DNA from: Desulfocapsa sp. | Lineage (GTDB): Bacteria > Desulfobacterota > Desulfobulbia > Desulfobulbales > Desulfocapsaceae | Reading direction: 5' to 3' | Assembly (NCBI GenBank): GCA_030145625.1 | Contig: JAQYVF010000007.1 | Span: 22,607 to 86,606 of the forward strand | Length of the DNA stretch: 64,000 bases | Shown: positions 29,320 through 39,564 of the stretch, piece by piece | Position numbering within the stretch: position 1 is the stretch's first letter | Layout: each line of letters opens with the position of its first letter | Made by a program: the position numbers and the translations under genes | Notes under the pieces: generated by a model | The model's input: only the letters and a program-made list of their open reading frames with translations | What the model was told of the DNA's origin: nothing | Databases searched by the model: none

Positions 29320-30504
29320 ATGAATATTAAAGGATTCTCAGCTTCTGCAGTTGCCGCAGGGATTCGTTATGCCGAGAGACTGGATCTCGGTCTTATATAT
29401 AGTGACACCCCAGCTGTTACGGCTGGAGTGTTCACCAGGAATCAGGTCAAGGCCGCACCGGTTATCGTTGATATGGAACGGCTTAAACAGGGCCTTGCTC
29501 AGGCTATACTTGTCAACAGCGGCAGTGCCAATGCCTGTACCGGTTCCAAGGGGATGGAAGCAGCGTTGGCCACCAGCTTACTCCTCTCTTCCAGCCTAGA
29601 TATCCCGAATGAAATGGTTCTTCTCTCTTCTACCGGAGTTATTGGAGAACAGTTGAACGTTGATGCCTTCACCGCATCCATGGACAGACTGGTGGAAGGG
29701 CTTGATAAAGAGAAGTTTGAAGAAGTGGCCCAGGCCATTATGACCACTGATACGGTCTCTAAAACAGTCTATAAAACTGTGATTATTGGTGATCACGAGG
29801 TCAATTTCATGGGAATGGCCAAGGGTGCCGGCATGATTATGCCCAATATGGCCACCATGCTTTCCTTTGTGGTCACAGATGCTCAAATCGGTTTCCCGGT
29901 ACTGCAGGAGTCGCTCCGTCAGGCTGCGGACAGAACCTTTAATCGAATTACTGTGGATGGAGATACCAGTACCAATGATATGGTCCTGGTGATGGCCAAT
30001 GGAACCGCCTCTAATGAGTGGATTGATGAGGATAATGTCGTTGGTTGTCAGGCCTTTAAAGATACTTTGGAAGGTGTGCTCAAGGAGCTGGCCTTGAAGA
30101 TAATCAGTGACGGTGAAGGCGCAACCAAGTGTGTTACCATACGGGTCTGCGGGGCAAAAGAAGAGGCGGCAGCAGAACAGATGGCACGAACCGTTGCCAA
30201 TTCAAACCTGGTAAAGACAGCTTTTTTCGGGGAGGATGCTAACTGGGGGCGAATTATTGCCGCCATGGGACGTTCCGGGGTACGTTTTCATCCGGATCGT
30301 GTAGATATCGCCTTTGATAAGGTTGTGCTGGTGAGAGATGGACTGGCTGTTGGCCAAGAGGCAGAGGCTGCAGCTACAGAGATCTTGAAACAGAAAAATA
30401 TAAGCGTGTGTATCGATCTCAAGGATGGCGCAGGATGTGAAGAAGTCTATACCTGTGACTTTTCTCTCGATTACGTAAAGATTAACGCTGATTATCGCTC
30501 TTAG
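29320..30504 (+). CDS. argJ: Bifunctional ornithine acetyltransferase / N-acetylglutamate synthase
   Basis: Autoprocessing site PNMATMLSFVVTDA. The C-terminus ends ...INADYRS. Confidence 0.93.
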   Translation: MNIKGFSASAVAAGIRYAERLDLGLIYSDTPAVTAGVFTRNQVKAAPVIVDMERLKQGLAQAILVNSGSANACTGSKGMEAALATSLLLSSSLDIPNEMVLLSSTGVIGEQLNVDAFTASMDRLVEGLDKEKFEEVAQAIMTTDTVSKTVYKTVIIGDHEVNFMGMAKGAGMIMPNMATMLSFVVTDAQIGFPVLQESLRQAADRTFNRITVDGDTSTNDMVLVMANGTASNEWIDEDNVVGCQAFKDTLEGVLKELALKIISDGEGATKCVTIRVCGAKEEAAAEQMARTVANSNLVKTAFFGEDANWGRIIAAMGRSGVRFHPDRVDIAFDKVVLVRDGLAVGQEAEAAATEILKQKNISVCIDLKDGAGCEEVYTCDFSLDYVKINADYRS

Positions 30505-30510
30505 GGAGAC

Positions 30511-32094
30511 TTGCTGATGAGTCTGCTTCAGGTTTCATTTGCTTTTGCTTCAGACATAACCCCCACTTTTTTGTTGGATACTGTGAGAGCAACCGGTGTC
30601 GTTGTTGAGCAGGAAGTTTTGGAAGACCAGTTTCAGTATCTGGATACTTTCAATTGGCAACTCTATAGCCAAGGCAGGGTCTGTAAACGTCGAGGCACTG
30701 ATCAATATACGCTTTCCGATTTCGCAGGATTGGATGTGCAGGAAGGAACCGGTCCTGACACCCTTGTTCCTCTGGCGAGGGAATTTATCTCTACTTCGTT
30801 GGGCCGGGAAATGGAGCCCCTTCTCGGAATACGGGCTTTGATTCCTTGTGTCGATGTAGAGCGGGAAAAACATTTTTTTCATCTCTTGAATAAGGATGAA
30901 AAGATAATCATGCGTCTTTGTCTCGAACTGAATAGCTGTACTTATAAAGGAAGAGTGCAGGAGACGGGAGGCTGTATTCGACTTTACGGGTTGCGGGGGT
31001 ATGAAAAAATCTATCATCGACTCCGACAGATGTTTATTGAAAAGGGCTTGCCTGAAAGTTGTGGCGAGGATTTTCTCCTTCAGCAGGCATTGGCGGTAAG
31101 AAAACGGCGACCGCTTGATTACAGTTCGAAATTCAGTGTTACCCTGGATGACCGGGAAAACATCAGTGAAGCTGCCAGGGATATCTTCCTTATCCTTGCA
31201 GGCAATATGGCTGAGAATCTTCCCGGAGTTATGCAGGATTGGGATATTGAATTTCTTCATGAATTCCGGGTTGCTCTACGCAGGAGCCGTTCTCTCCTTT
31301 CTTCATTGAAAAAAATGATGCCTGCAGATGAGTGTGGTGAGATGCTGGAAGGACTCAAGGCTATTGGTACGGCAACCGGACCACTACGTGATCTTGATGT
31401 GTATCTCCTGGAACAGGGTGCCTTTCAGGCCCTACTACCCGAGAGCCTTCATCGGGGGTTGAAAGAATTTTTTGCAAGTCTTGCCTCAGCTCGTGAGCAG
31501 GAGTTTGAGAAACTCATACAGACCTTGCAGTCTCCTGACTATGAACTGTTCATGAGTCAGTGGTTGGATTTTGTTCACAACCGTCTATGTACCCTGACAG
31601 GTGGCAAAGGAAAACAACCATGTCGTTATGCAGCGGCAAAATTTATCAGAAAACGACTGGAGAAGATTCTTCTCGCCGGAGGAGCCATAAGCGAACAGTC
31701 TCCGGATGAGGAACTGCATAGCCTTCGTATTCAGTGCAAGAAGCTTCGCTACCTTCTGGAGTTTTATCGTTCCCTTTTTCCGGATAAGGCCATGGCTGCC
31801 TGTATACAAAAGCTGAAAAAACTCCAGGATAACCTGGGAAATTTCAATGATCTCTCTGTACAGCAGGAGGTGCTGGGGCATTATCGTGAGCACCTGACTC
31901 CAGGGTCAAAGAAAAACATGCATATTGCAGCTGCCCTTGGCGGACTGATCACCCATCTGCAAAGTGATCAGCAGAAGGTCCGGAAAAAATTCGGCAAGAC
32001 CTACTCCCATTTCGCCACTGCGGAACACAGGACCCTTTTTCAAAATATGCTGGACGCTCCAGTTTCTTGCGAAAAAAAAGGAGAAACGAAATGA
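30511..32094 (+). CDS. CHAD domain protein with N-terminal CYTH-like domain
   Basis: CHAD helices with conserved His/Arg: FLHEFRVALRRSRSLL and LHSLRIQCKKLRYLLEFY. The N-terminal region has a CYTH-like strand (QYLDTFNWQL) but I see no ExExK motif. Confidence 0.75.
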   Translation: MLMSLLQVSFAFASDITPTFLLDTVRATGVVVEQEVLEDQFQYLDTFNWQLYSQGRVCKRRGTDQYTLSDFAGLDVQEGTGPDTLVPLAREFISTSLGREMEPLLGIRALIPCVDVEREKHFFHLLNKDEKIIMRLCLELNSCTYKGRVQETGGCIRLYGLRGYEKIYHRLRQMFIEKGLPESCGEDFLLQQALAVRKRRPLDYSSKFSVTLDDRENISEAARDIFLILAGNMAENLPGVMQDWDIEFLHEFRVALRRSRSLLSSLKKMMPADECGEMLEGLKAIGTATGPLRDLDVYLLEQGAFQALLPESLHRGLKEFFASLASAREQEFEKLIQTLQSPDYELFMSQWLDFVHNRLCTLTGGKGKQPCRYAAAKFIRKRLEKILLAGGAISEQSPDEELHSLRIQCKKLRYLLEFYRSLFPDKAMAACIQKLKKLQDNLGNFNDLSVQQEVLGHYREHLTPGSKKNMHIAAALGGLITHLQSDQQKVRKKFGKTYSHFATAEHRTLFQNMLDAPVSCEKKGETK

Positions 32095-32825
32095 ACAGTA
32101 TTGCAGTGTATTCAAGTAAGGGCGGGGTTGGTAAAACTGCAGCTGCCGTTAATCTCTCCTATGCCTGTTCGCTCAGAGGGAAAAAGACTCTGCTCTGTGA
32201 TATGGATCCCCAGGGTGCTGCCGGATTTTATTATCGAATTCGGCCTAAATCCAAATTTAACAGGAAAAGATTCCTCAAGGGTAAACTTCACTCCTATATT
32301 CGGGAAACGGATTATCCAAATCTTGATTTGCTTCCCACTCATTTTTCCTTCAGGAATCTGGATCTGGCTCTTGATAGGGAGGGGAGTGGAGAATTGAAGC
32401 GTATTTTTTCAGGACTTGCAGATGACTATGACTATCTGATCCTTGATTGTCCGCCCAATATGACACTGCTTTCGGAAAATCTTATCATGGCCGCAGACAA
32501 GGTTGTTACCCCCGTTGTCCCCTCAACTCTTTCTATCCTTGCATTGGCGCAACTGGTAAAGTTTTTTGACAAAATAAGTGCAGATCGAAAAAAACTCCAT
32601 GCCTTCTTTTCCATGGTTGAGCGTCGGAAAAATATGCATGGTGATACGATAAAACGCTTTGGCAAAAAAAAGGTTTTTTATCGGACTCTTGTCCCCTATC
32701 TGGCTGATGTTGAAAAAATGGGGATTACCCGCCAGCCTGTGGCTGCCACAAAACCCGAATCGCCGGCTGCCGAGGCATATGACAGATTATGGCTGGAGAT
32801 CTGGAAAAGCCTGTTTAGGAAATAA
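32091..32825 (+). CDS. ParA/MinD-family ATPase (orphan ParA-like)
   Basis: Deviant Walker A SSKGGVGKT. GGAG lies upstream. The ATG at 32091 overlaps the CHAD stop (ATGA). The track start at 32067 is less likely. Confidence 0.85.
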   Translation: MNSIAVYSSKGGVGKTAAAVNLSYACSLRGKKTLLCDMDPQGAAGFYYRIRPKSKFNRKRFLKGKLHSYIRETDYPNLDLLPTHFSFRNLDLALDREGSGELKRIFSGLADDYDYLILDCPPNMTLLSENLIMAADKVVTPVVPSTLSILALAQLVKFFDKISADRKKLHAFFSMVERRKNMHGDTIKRFGKKKVFYRTLVPYLADVEKMGITRQPVAATKPESPAAEAYDRLWLEIWKSLFRK

Positions 32826-32846
32826 GACATTTCTCTTCAATACCCA

Positions 32847-34019
32847 ATGGGGCAGAACTCGCTTTCCCGTGCCTTTGCCGGCCTGTTATTTCTTGCAGGT
32901 CTGTTTTTTCTTAATTTTACCTCACGGGTTATTTTTTCTCCCCTGCTTCCTTTTATAGAACAGGAAATGGGTCTTGATCATGCCCAGGCCGGTTCGTTTT
33001 TTCTTTTTATCTCTGCAGGCTATTTTTTTTCCATTCTTTCCTCTGGATTCGTTTCTGCCAGGATTGGCCATAAGCTGACCATTGTTTTTTCGGCCATTGC
33101 CTCAGGAATGGTCCTTCTCAGCCTTGGATTTTGCGGCAGTCTGCTTACCCTGCGTCTTGTTCTTTTCTGTCTTGGTCTGGCGGCCGGTCTCTATCTTCCC
33201 TCCGGTTTGGTAACCATCTCAAGACTCGTTGCTCCTGCTTACCTGGCCAGAGGGATGGCCATTCATGAAATTGCTCCTAATCTCGGTTTTGTGGCTGCTC
33301 CGTTGCTCTGTGATATGCTGCTTACTTTTGTTACCTGGCAGAAGGTCCTGGCCTGGTTAGGTGTTGTCTTGATAGCAACCGGAGTTGCATACGGTTTGAG
33401 CTCGCATGGAAGCAGGGAAAGGGGGAAGGCACCTGATCTTTCGGCCTCAGGATCTCTGCTTCGTATGGGTACATTCTGGGGTATGTGTATTCTCTTTTCT
33501 CTGGGTATCTGTTCAACCCTTGGCATTTATGCCATGGCTCCACTTTTCCTGGTAAATGATCATGGAATGGATCCCAGTCAGGCTAACAGTCTCTTGGCCT
33601 TTTCCCGGATAGCATCAATTTTCATGCCACTGCTTGGTGGTTGGATTGGTGACCGTTTCGGCAATCAGAGGGTTCTGGGCGCTGTTCTTTTGATCACCGG
33701 TATGTTAACTGCATTGATGGCCATGGTTCCAAATGGGATCTGGTTGATAGTCTGTGTGGCGGCTCAACCACTCTTTGCCGTCTGTTTTTTTCCTTCAGGC
33801 TTTGCTCTACTTTCAAAACTTGGTCCACCTGAGTATGGAAATCTGGCTGTGTCTCTCTGTATCCCCCTTGCCTTTCTCCTGGGCGGAGGCGTTATGCCGA
33901 CGCTCATCGGGATGATCGGCGATGTTGCTTCCATAAGTTCTGGCTTTATCCTTGCCGGAGTCGCCATGACCCTGGGAGGATGTTTCTCTTTTTTAATTCC
34001 TTCCCGGGAAGAAAACTGA
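32847..34019 (+). CDS. MFS transporter
   Basis: 390 aa and about 12 TM segments in a typical MFS arrangement. Confidence 0.8.
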   Translation: MGQNSLSRAFAGLLFLAGLFFLNFTSRVIFSPLLPFIEQEMGLDHAQAGSFFLFISAGYFFSILSSGFVSARIGHKLTIVFSAIASGMVLLSLGFCGSLLTLRLVLFCLGLAAGLYLPSGLVTISRLVAPAYLARGMAIHEIAPNLGFVAAPLLCDMLLTFVTWQKVLAWLGVVLIATGVAYGLSSHGSRERGKAPDLSASGSLLRMGTFWGMCILFSLGICSTLGIYAMAPLFLVNDHGMDPSQANSLLAFSRIASIFMPLLGGWIGDRFGNQRVLGAVLLITGMLTALMAMVPNGIWLIVCVAAQPLFAVCFFPSGFALLSKLGPPEYGNLAVSLCIPLAFLLGGGVMPTLIGMIGDVASISSGFILAGVAMTLGGCFSFLIPSREEN

Positions 34020-34231
34020 CGGGTGGATATTGTGTATTGCTTCTCTTTAGGAATATCAATTCAAGGTTGAAGGGAGGGGGTACAGAGTGCAGTTGCTGTC
34101 GTTTTGACCTGTTTGGATAAAAAGCACAAGGTGTTGCATCTGGATCGTGTTCTTCCTACATTCAGTTTTCAATCTCTTCGTTGAGTATCTGCCCAGGTAT
34201 TGCAAAACAGAACAGTCTCTTTTTTTCTCCC

Positions 34232-35533
34232 TCAGTTGGAATTCTCCAACAGTTTATCAAGTTCTGTTGCTTCCAGAAGGGGCCTGATGGTGGTTCCGGT
34301 CTCTGGGGTGCCTGGGATGAGCAGGCGAACTGTATCCCGGTCTGCTGTTTGTAAATTCCTTGATGATCCTGTTGCCCAGATGATGGTGGTCTGTCGAGAA
34401 AGTCTATAGATAAGTCTCTTGAACTCCTGGAGGCTGGCGTGGTTCAGCCCTTTTTCCGGTTCATCCAATAGCAGGATGGGCTCCGGAGTAGTGTTTTGCA
34501 GAGAGGCCTGTAAAAAAAGGCAGATAGTTACCAGCCATCTCCAGGAACTCCCGGCCTGGCTCAAGGGGAGTTTTCGCCCCCTTGTGCTTTTTTGATAAAA
34601 GGTCAGGGTGTCGCCATCTAAAGTATGGGTGACTCTGGCAGTGGGGGCAGGTGACAGTCCCTGCACTTTCTCATTTAAGGCCTCAAGAAAGTGGGTTATC
34701 CGCTCCGGCGGAATGGATGAATCGTGGTCAATGAGCTGGTGTGCCAGGCAATAGTCTGAAGATCCATTAATTGTGGAGGGAGGATGCTGCTGTTGTGCAA
34801 GGAGGCGGCTTACAGAGAGGGGCGAATTGAGCAACAGCTTAGGGGTAAGATACAGAAAAGACGGCAACCGGGTAGATACGACTTCTTTTGCTGTCTGGAT
34901 ACGTTGGCAACGATACACGGAATGGAGGGTTTTGTTGAAGAGATCGATCTCCTTTTCAGTAAGGTGTGGCTGTATGGCAGTGAGCCAATTCCCCAGGAGA
35001 TGCATGGTTTTTCCCTTGATCCGGTCTGTGGCTGCCAGGTGTGTGAGATGGTGGAATTGAGTCTTGAGGGCAGATGCTACTGATTGGTCAGCAATGCTAT
35101 GGTTGAGACCTGCAACTGCATCGGCAATTTCGCTCCATCGTGGAGAAGAGGCGATCTCTACAAAGGAGATCCAGCGTGACCAGTCAAGTCGGCGTCCCAC
35201 CTCAATTTTATCGGTTTCGATAAGGATGGGCTCAATTTCTGCCAGCTTGCCTCGTATCTCGTTATTGCCTTCGAAAATGGCAAGGGCGGCGGTTTTTTTT
35301 CTGGGGTTTATCTTTCTTTTATACCCCTTGGTAAAAAAGTAATCGGGAAAGTTGGCAAAAGGATTGTCAAGCTGCTGCAGAGGGTGGGGGTTGATCGATT
35401 GCAGGATACGGAAAAGAGGAGTTTTCCCAGATCCGCAAGGGCCGGAAAATATAGTGAGATGCGGGGAAAACTCAAACCAGCCGCTGTTTTTGATGATCTG
35501 ATGCCCACATATTTTTGCCTTGATAATATGCAT
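34232..35533 (-). CDS. ABC/SMC-type (AAA_15/21-like) ATPase, orphan
   Basis: Walker A GPCGSGKT near the N-terminus, a signature-like LSQAGSSWRW, and Walker B/D-loop ILLLDEPEKGL near the C-terminus. Confidence 0.6.
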   Translation of the reverse strand: MHIIKAKICGHQIIKNSGWFEFSPHLTIFSGPCGSGKTPLFRILQSINPHPLQQLDNPFANFPDYFFTKGYKRKINPRKKTAALAIFEGNNEIRGKLAEIEPILIETDKIEVGRRLDWSRWISFVEIASSPRWSEIADAVAGLNHSIADQSVASALKTQFHHLTHLAATDRIKGKTMHLLGNWLTAIQPHLTEKEIDLFNKTLHSVYRCQRIQTAKEVVSTRLPSFLYLTPKLLLNSPLSVSRLLAQQQHPPSTINGSSDYCLAHQLIDHDSSIPPERITHFLEALNEKVQGLSPAPTARVTHTLDGDTLTFYQKSTRGRKLPLSQAGSSWRWLVTICLFLQASLQNTTPEPILLLDEPEKGLNHASLQEFKRLIYRLSRQTTIIWATGSSRNLQTADRDTVRLLIPGTPETGTTIRPLLEATELDKLLENSN

Positions 35534-35856
35534 ACCGTACCCTCTTTAGGCAGTGTGATGAGATATGCTTGTTAGATAGAGATAGGTTCGTCTGACCTCG
35601 TCTTTATTAGAAACATAAACATCATCCGAGGAGAAAAATAGACAGAAGTAGAAAAAGCAGGTTGGCGCATTGGCTTTTTAGGAGTGGAAGAATTTCTTCG
35701 ATACCCAATCAGACGGTTGCCAGTGATAGGTTTATGTCTTGTGTTTCAGTATGTTATCTGCTTCTGTCTCCTTGGTTTCAAACCGCACCTGTTTGCTCCC
35801 GGAGCCTTTCTGGAAAATTAACCTATTGATTGTGTTAAGAAGTGATACAATTGCAT

Positions 35857-35884
35857 TTGAAAAGTATTGATCTTTACATATAAT
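35857..35884 (+). promoter_or_regulatory. Candidate sigma70 promoter for apbE-nqr
   Basis: TTGAAA-N16-TATAAT, about 60 nt upstream of the apbE start. Confidence 0.3.
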
Positions 35885-35945
35885 AACCGTTAACAATTAT
35901 TCCACATCCGCACAGTGCAGTTCAATCTCCGCCAAGGACATTTTC

Positions 35946-36968
35946 ATGGAGTTCATGACAAGAAAACCCGTCAATCTTAATCGACGCAGATTTATGCAGA
36001 TTGTAGCTGTTGCAGGTACAGCTGCAGGCTGTTGGAAGCTTGGTCTTTTTGGGGCAGGAAAATCGTTACAGAAGGTTCGCAGAAGCCAACCTATCATGGG
36101 TACTGTATTAAACCTTACAGTCTATGGACAGGATCGGGACGCTTGCGAAGAGGCTCTTGTAAATACCATAGGAAAGATGATGATGCTTGAGACTCATCTG
36201 AGCAGGCACATGGCAGAAAGCGAGCTTGCGGAATTGAACAGGAATAGCCTTCTTGTTAATCCAAGTGCAGATCTTTTAACTGTTTTGCGCCTGGCTGAAA
36301 ATATCAGTAAAACAACATCTGGTGCCTTTGATGTGACGGTACTCCCACTTCTGCAGATGCATGAGTCAATTCGTGGCGAAAATGATCATCCCGATGAGCA
36401 GGATCTGATGACTGCCAGAGGGCTTGTCGGGTATGAAGATGTATATCTTAGTGAGGAAAGAGTGCATCTTGCAAAAGAGGGTATGGGGATCTCTTTGGAT
36501 GGGATTGGCAAAGGGTATATCGTTGACCAAGGCGTTTCCGTATTACGAACACACGGATTTAATAATGTCTATGTGGAGGCTGGAGGAGATTTGATGGTCT
36601 CCGGTCGGAAGGACAATAACTCCCCCTGGTGTATCGGGCTCCGTCCTCCTCGACCACAACAAAACAAACCTGTTGTCATTGAAGTGAGCAACAAGGCGGT
36701 AGCCACCTCCGGTGATTATCTCCAGGCCTTCACACCTGATCTGAAACATCACCATATTCTCCATCCGACAAGTGGTTTTTCCCCGCAGGAACTGGCAAGT
36801 TGTACCATAACAGCTCCCACTGTTGCACTGGCCGATGGCTTGGCCACAGCTGTCATGGTTATGGGAAAGGATGACGGTCTTGATCTCATCCAGTCCATGC
36901 AAGGCTGTGAAGGGTACGTTGTTGATAAACAACTCAAGCACTCCAATACTGCCGGTTTCTTCACTTGA
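35946..36968 (+). CDS. apbE: FAD:protein FMN transferase (ApbE family) with Tat-type signal
   Basis: NRRRFMQIVAVAGTAAG signal and ApbE blocks (MGTVLNLTV, GAFDVTV, LDGIGKGY, ATSGDY). It lies directly upstream of nqrA. Confidence 0.85.
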   Translation: MEFMTRKPVNLNRRRFMQIVAVAGTAAGCWKLGLFGAGKSLQKVRRSQPIMGTVLNLTVYGQDRDACEEALVNTIGKMMMLETHLSRHMAESELAELNRNSLLVNPSADLLTVLRLAENISKTTSGAFDVTVLPLLQMHESIRGENDHPDEQDLMTARGLVGYEDVYLSEERVHLAKEGMGISLDGIGKGYIVDQGVSVLRTHGFNNVYVEAGGDLMVSGRKDNNSPWCIGLRPPRPQQNKPVVIEVSNKAVATSGDYLQAFTPDLKHHHILHPTSGFSPQELASCTITAPTVALADGLATAVMVMGKDDGLDLIQSMQGCEGYVVDKQLKHSNTAGFFT

Positions 36969-36969
36969 T

Positions 36970-38319
36970 ATGAAAACATTTCAGATAAACAAAGGGTTGG
37001 ACATCCCCATTTCAGGCTCTCCTGAGCAAAAGGTGCGAGAGGGGCAGGCGGTCAGTCAAGTTGCCCTGATTGGTGACGATTATATCGGTATGAAACCGAC
37101 GATGCAGGTTAAAGTGGGAGATCGGGTTCAAACGGGTCAGCTGCTCTTTGTCGATAAAAAAAATAAGGGAGTCAAATTTACTTCTCCGGGGTGTGGCACA
37201 GTCGTGGCCATAAATCGAGGGGAAAAACGAAAGTTTGAATCACTTGTTATTGAACTGGCCGGAGAAGAAAGTATCTGCTTTCTTTCTCCTGCTGGCCGTT
37301 CCTTGGGAAATATGGAGTCGGAAGATGTCCGCAACCTGCTCATTGACTCCGGGATGTGGACCAGTTTTCGTACCCGTCCCTATGGTAAGATTCCAGCGGT
37401 TGATTCCATCCCAAACTCGCTTTTTATTACCGCTATCGATACCTCTCCTCTAGCTGCAGATCCGCAGCTCATTATTGCCAGGTATGAAAAGGAGTATCAA
37501 CTGGGCTTGAGGTTGCTGCGCCAATTATTTTCCGTTCCAATTTACTACTGCAGCGGGATGGATAAATTGCTACCGGCCGAAGAGCTGTATAGTATTGATT
37601 ACTCTGTCTTTCATGGCCCCCATCCTGCTGGCCTGCCTTCAACCCATATTCATTTCATAGATCCTGTACATGAAATGAAAAGTGTCTGGCATATCGGTTA
37701 TCAGGACATTATTGGAATTGGTCACTTGTTCAAAAACGGTTATCTGCTCACGGAAAAGATAGTCTCTCTGGCTGGTCCGGCACTATCTAACCCGTCTTTG
37801 GTTATTACCCGGGTAGGCGCCTGCCTCCCTGAACTCTGTCAACAAGATCTTCTTGGGGAGGAGGTAAGAATTCTCTCCGGGTCAGTCCTTGATGGCCGTA
37901 AGGCAAGTGGCAATTATACCTTTCTTGGCCGGTATCATAATCAGGTATCAGTGTTAGAAGATGACAGTGGTCGAGCCTTTTTCAATTGGGCTAAACCCGG
38001 AAAGGATCGTTTCTCCATCAAATCTGTTTTCATATCAGTACTCAAGAAACATCTGCGCTTTCCCATGAATACAGCACTCTGGGGTGGGAGAAGGGCAATA
38101 TATCCTCTCGGTACTTATGAGCAGGTTATGCCCCTGGATATCATAGCAACAGCATTGTTGAAGGCACTCTCTACCGGGGACACGGAAAAAGCAATAGACC
38201 TCGGCTGTCTTGAGTTGGTTGAAGAGGATCTGGCGCTCTGCGCTTTTGTCTGTCCCGGGAAAAATGAATTCGGTACTGTTTTGCGTCAGGTGCTGACAAC
38301 CATTGAGCTTGGCGGTTAA
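36970..38319 (+). CDS. nqrA: Na+-translocating NADH:quinone oxidoreductase subunit A
   Basis: The internal ATG gives MKTFQINKGLDIPISGSP, a canonical NqrA N-terminus. The track ORF starts upstream, inside apbE. Confidence 0.9.
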   Translation: MKTFQINKGLDIPISGSPEQKVREGQAVSQVALIGDDYIGMKPTMQVKVGDRVQTGQLLFVDKKNKGVKFTSPGCGTVVAINRGEKRKFESLVIELAGEESICFLSPAGRSLGNMESEDVRNLLIDSGMWTSFRTRPYGKIPAVDSIPNSLFITAIDTSPLAADPQLIIARYEKEYQLGLRLLRQLFSVPIYYCSGMDKLLPAEELYSIDYSVFHGPHPAGLPSTHIHFIDPVHEMKSVWHIGYQDIIGIGHLFKNGYLLTEKIVSLAGPALSNPSLVITRVGACLPELCQQDLLGEEVRILSGSVLDGRKASGNYTFLGRYHNQVSVLEDDSGRAFFNWAKPGKDRFSIKSVFISVLKKHLRFPMNTALWGGRRAIYPLGTYEQVMPLDIIATALLKALSTGDTEKAIDLGCLELVEEDLALCAFVCPGKNEFGTVLRQVLTTIELGG

Positions 38320-38355
38320 CCAGCAGAGCTAACACGCGAAGGTGATAAGTTAATC

Positions 38356-39564
38356 ATGAAACCACTGAGTAAAATCTTTGAAGATGCTGGGCGTTACTTT
38401 GAAAAGGGTGGGCGTTTTGAGCAATACTACCCGCTGTATGAGGCCTTTGATTCCTTCCTGTTCGGCAGCAATCAAACCACCAATACGGCACCCCATGTCC
38501 GGGATTCTATAGACCTGAAGCGGATAATGACCACGGTGATTATTGCTCTGCTTCCCTGTGTGCTGATGGCAATGTGGAACACCGGGTATCAGGCTAATTC
38601 CGCCCTCCAGCTCATGGGACTTTCCGGGCCCGATGGCTGGCGAGGGACGCTCATGGCCTTTGTCGGTTGCGATCCGGAAAGTCTGTTTGCCAATTTCTTC
38701 CATGGGGCACTGTACTTTTTACCGGTCTATTTCGTTACCCTTGTTGTTGGCTCTCTCTGGGAGGGTTTGTTTAATCTGATCCGTGGCCATGAATTTTCCG
38801 AGGCCTTTCTGGTTACCAGTCTGCTCTTTACCCTGACTCTGCCGCCGTCCATTCCCCTCTGGCAGGTTGCCATTGGTATCAGTTTTGGTGTCATCTTTGC
38901 GAAAGAGGTTTTTGGCGGAGTTGGCCGCAATTTTATGAATCCTGCTCTTGTTTCCAGGGCGTTTATCTTTTTTGCCTATCCGGCACAGATGTCCGGCGAC
39001 CAGGTCTGGACTGCTGTGGATGGTATAAGCGGTGCCACCGCCCTCAGTCAATTTGCTGGGGCCGGACCGGGAGGGCTTATGGATTCTGTCTCCGTTACCT
39101 GGCTCCAATCTTTTCTTGGCACGGTACCTGGTTCCATGGGTGAGACTTCCACGCTTGCCTGTCTCTTTGGGGCCTTTATCCTGCTTATTACCGGTATAGC
39201 CTCCTGGCGAATTATGCTGTCGATGTTGCTGGGTGGGCTAATCTGCAGTAGTTTTTTCTGGCTTCAGGGAAGTGGTGTCAATCCCATGTATAATATTCCG
39301 CCTCACTGGCATCTGGTAGTGGGAGGATTTGCCTTCGGCCTGGTTTTTATGGCAACTGATCCGGTATCAGCCGCCCATACCCCGATGGGACAATGGCTCT
39401 TTGGACTGCTGGTTGGGGGGCTTGCCATTCTCATTCGTGTGGCCAATCCCGCCTACGCTGAAGGTGTTATGCTGGCCATTCTCCTGGGCAACGTCTTTGC
39501 TCCTCTGTTCGATTATTTTGCTATCCAGGCCAATATAAAGAGGAGGAGGTTACGTCATGGCTGA
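38356..39564 (+). CDS. nqrB: Na+-NQR subunit B
   Basis: Polytopic protein with the FMN-attachment motif DGISGATAL. Confidence 0.92.
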   Translation: MKPLSKIFEDAGRYFEKGGRFEQYYPLYEAFDSFLFGSNQTTNTAPHVRDSIDLKRIMTTVIIALLPCVLMAMWNTGYQANSALQLMGLSGPDGWRGTLMAFVGCDPESLFANFFHGALYFLPVYFVTLVVGSLWEGLFNLIRGHEFSEAFLVTSLLFTLTLPPSIPLWQVAIGISFGVIFAKEVFGGVGRNFMNPALVSRAFIFFAYPAQMSGDQVWTAVDGISGATALSQFAGAGPGGLMDSVSVTWLQSFLGTVPGSMGETSTLACLFGAFILLITGIASWRIMLSMLLGGLICSSFFWLQGSGVNPMYNIPPHWHLVVGGFAFGLVFMATDPVSAAHTPMGQWLFGLLVGGLAILIRVANPAYAEGVMLAILLGNVFAPLFDYFAIQANIKRRRLRHG

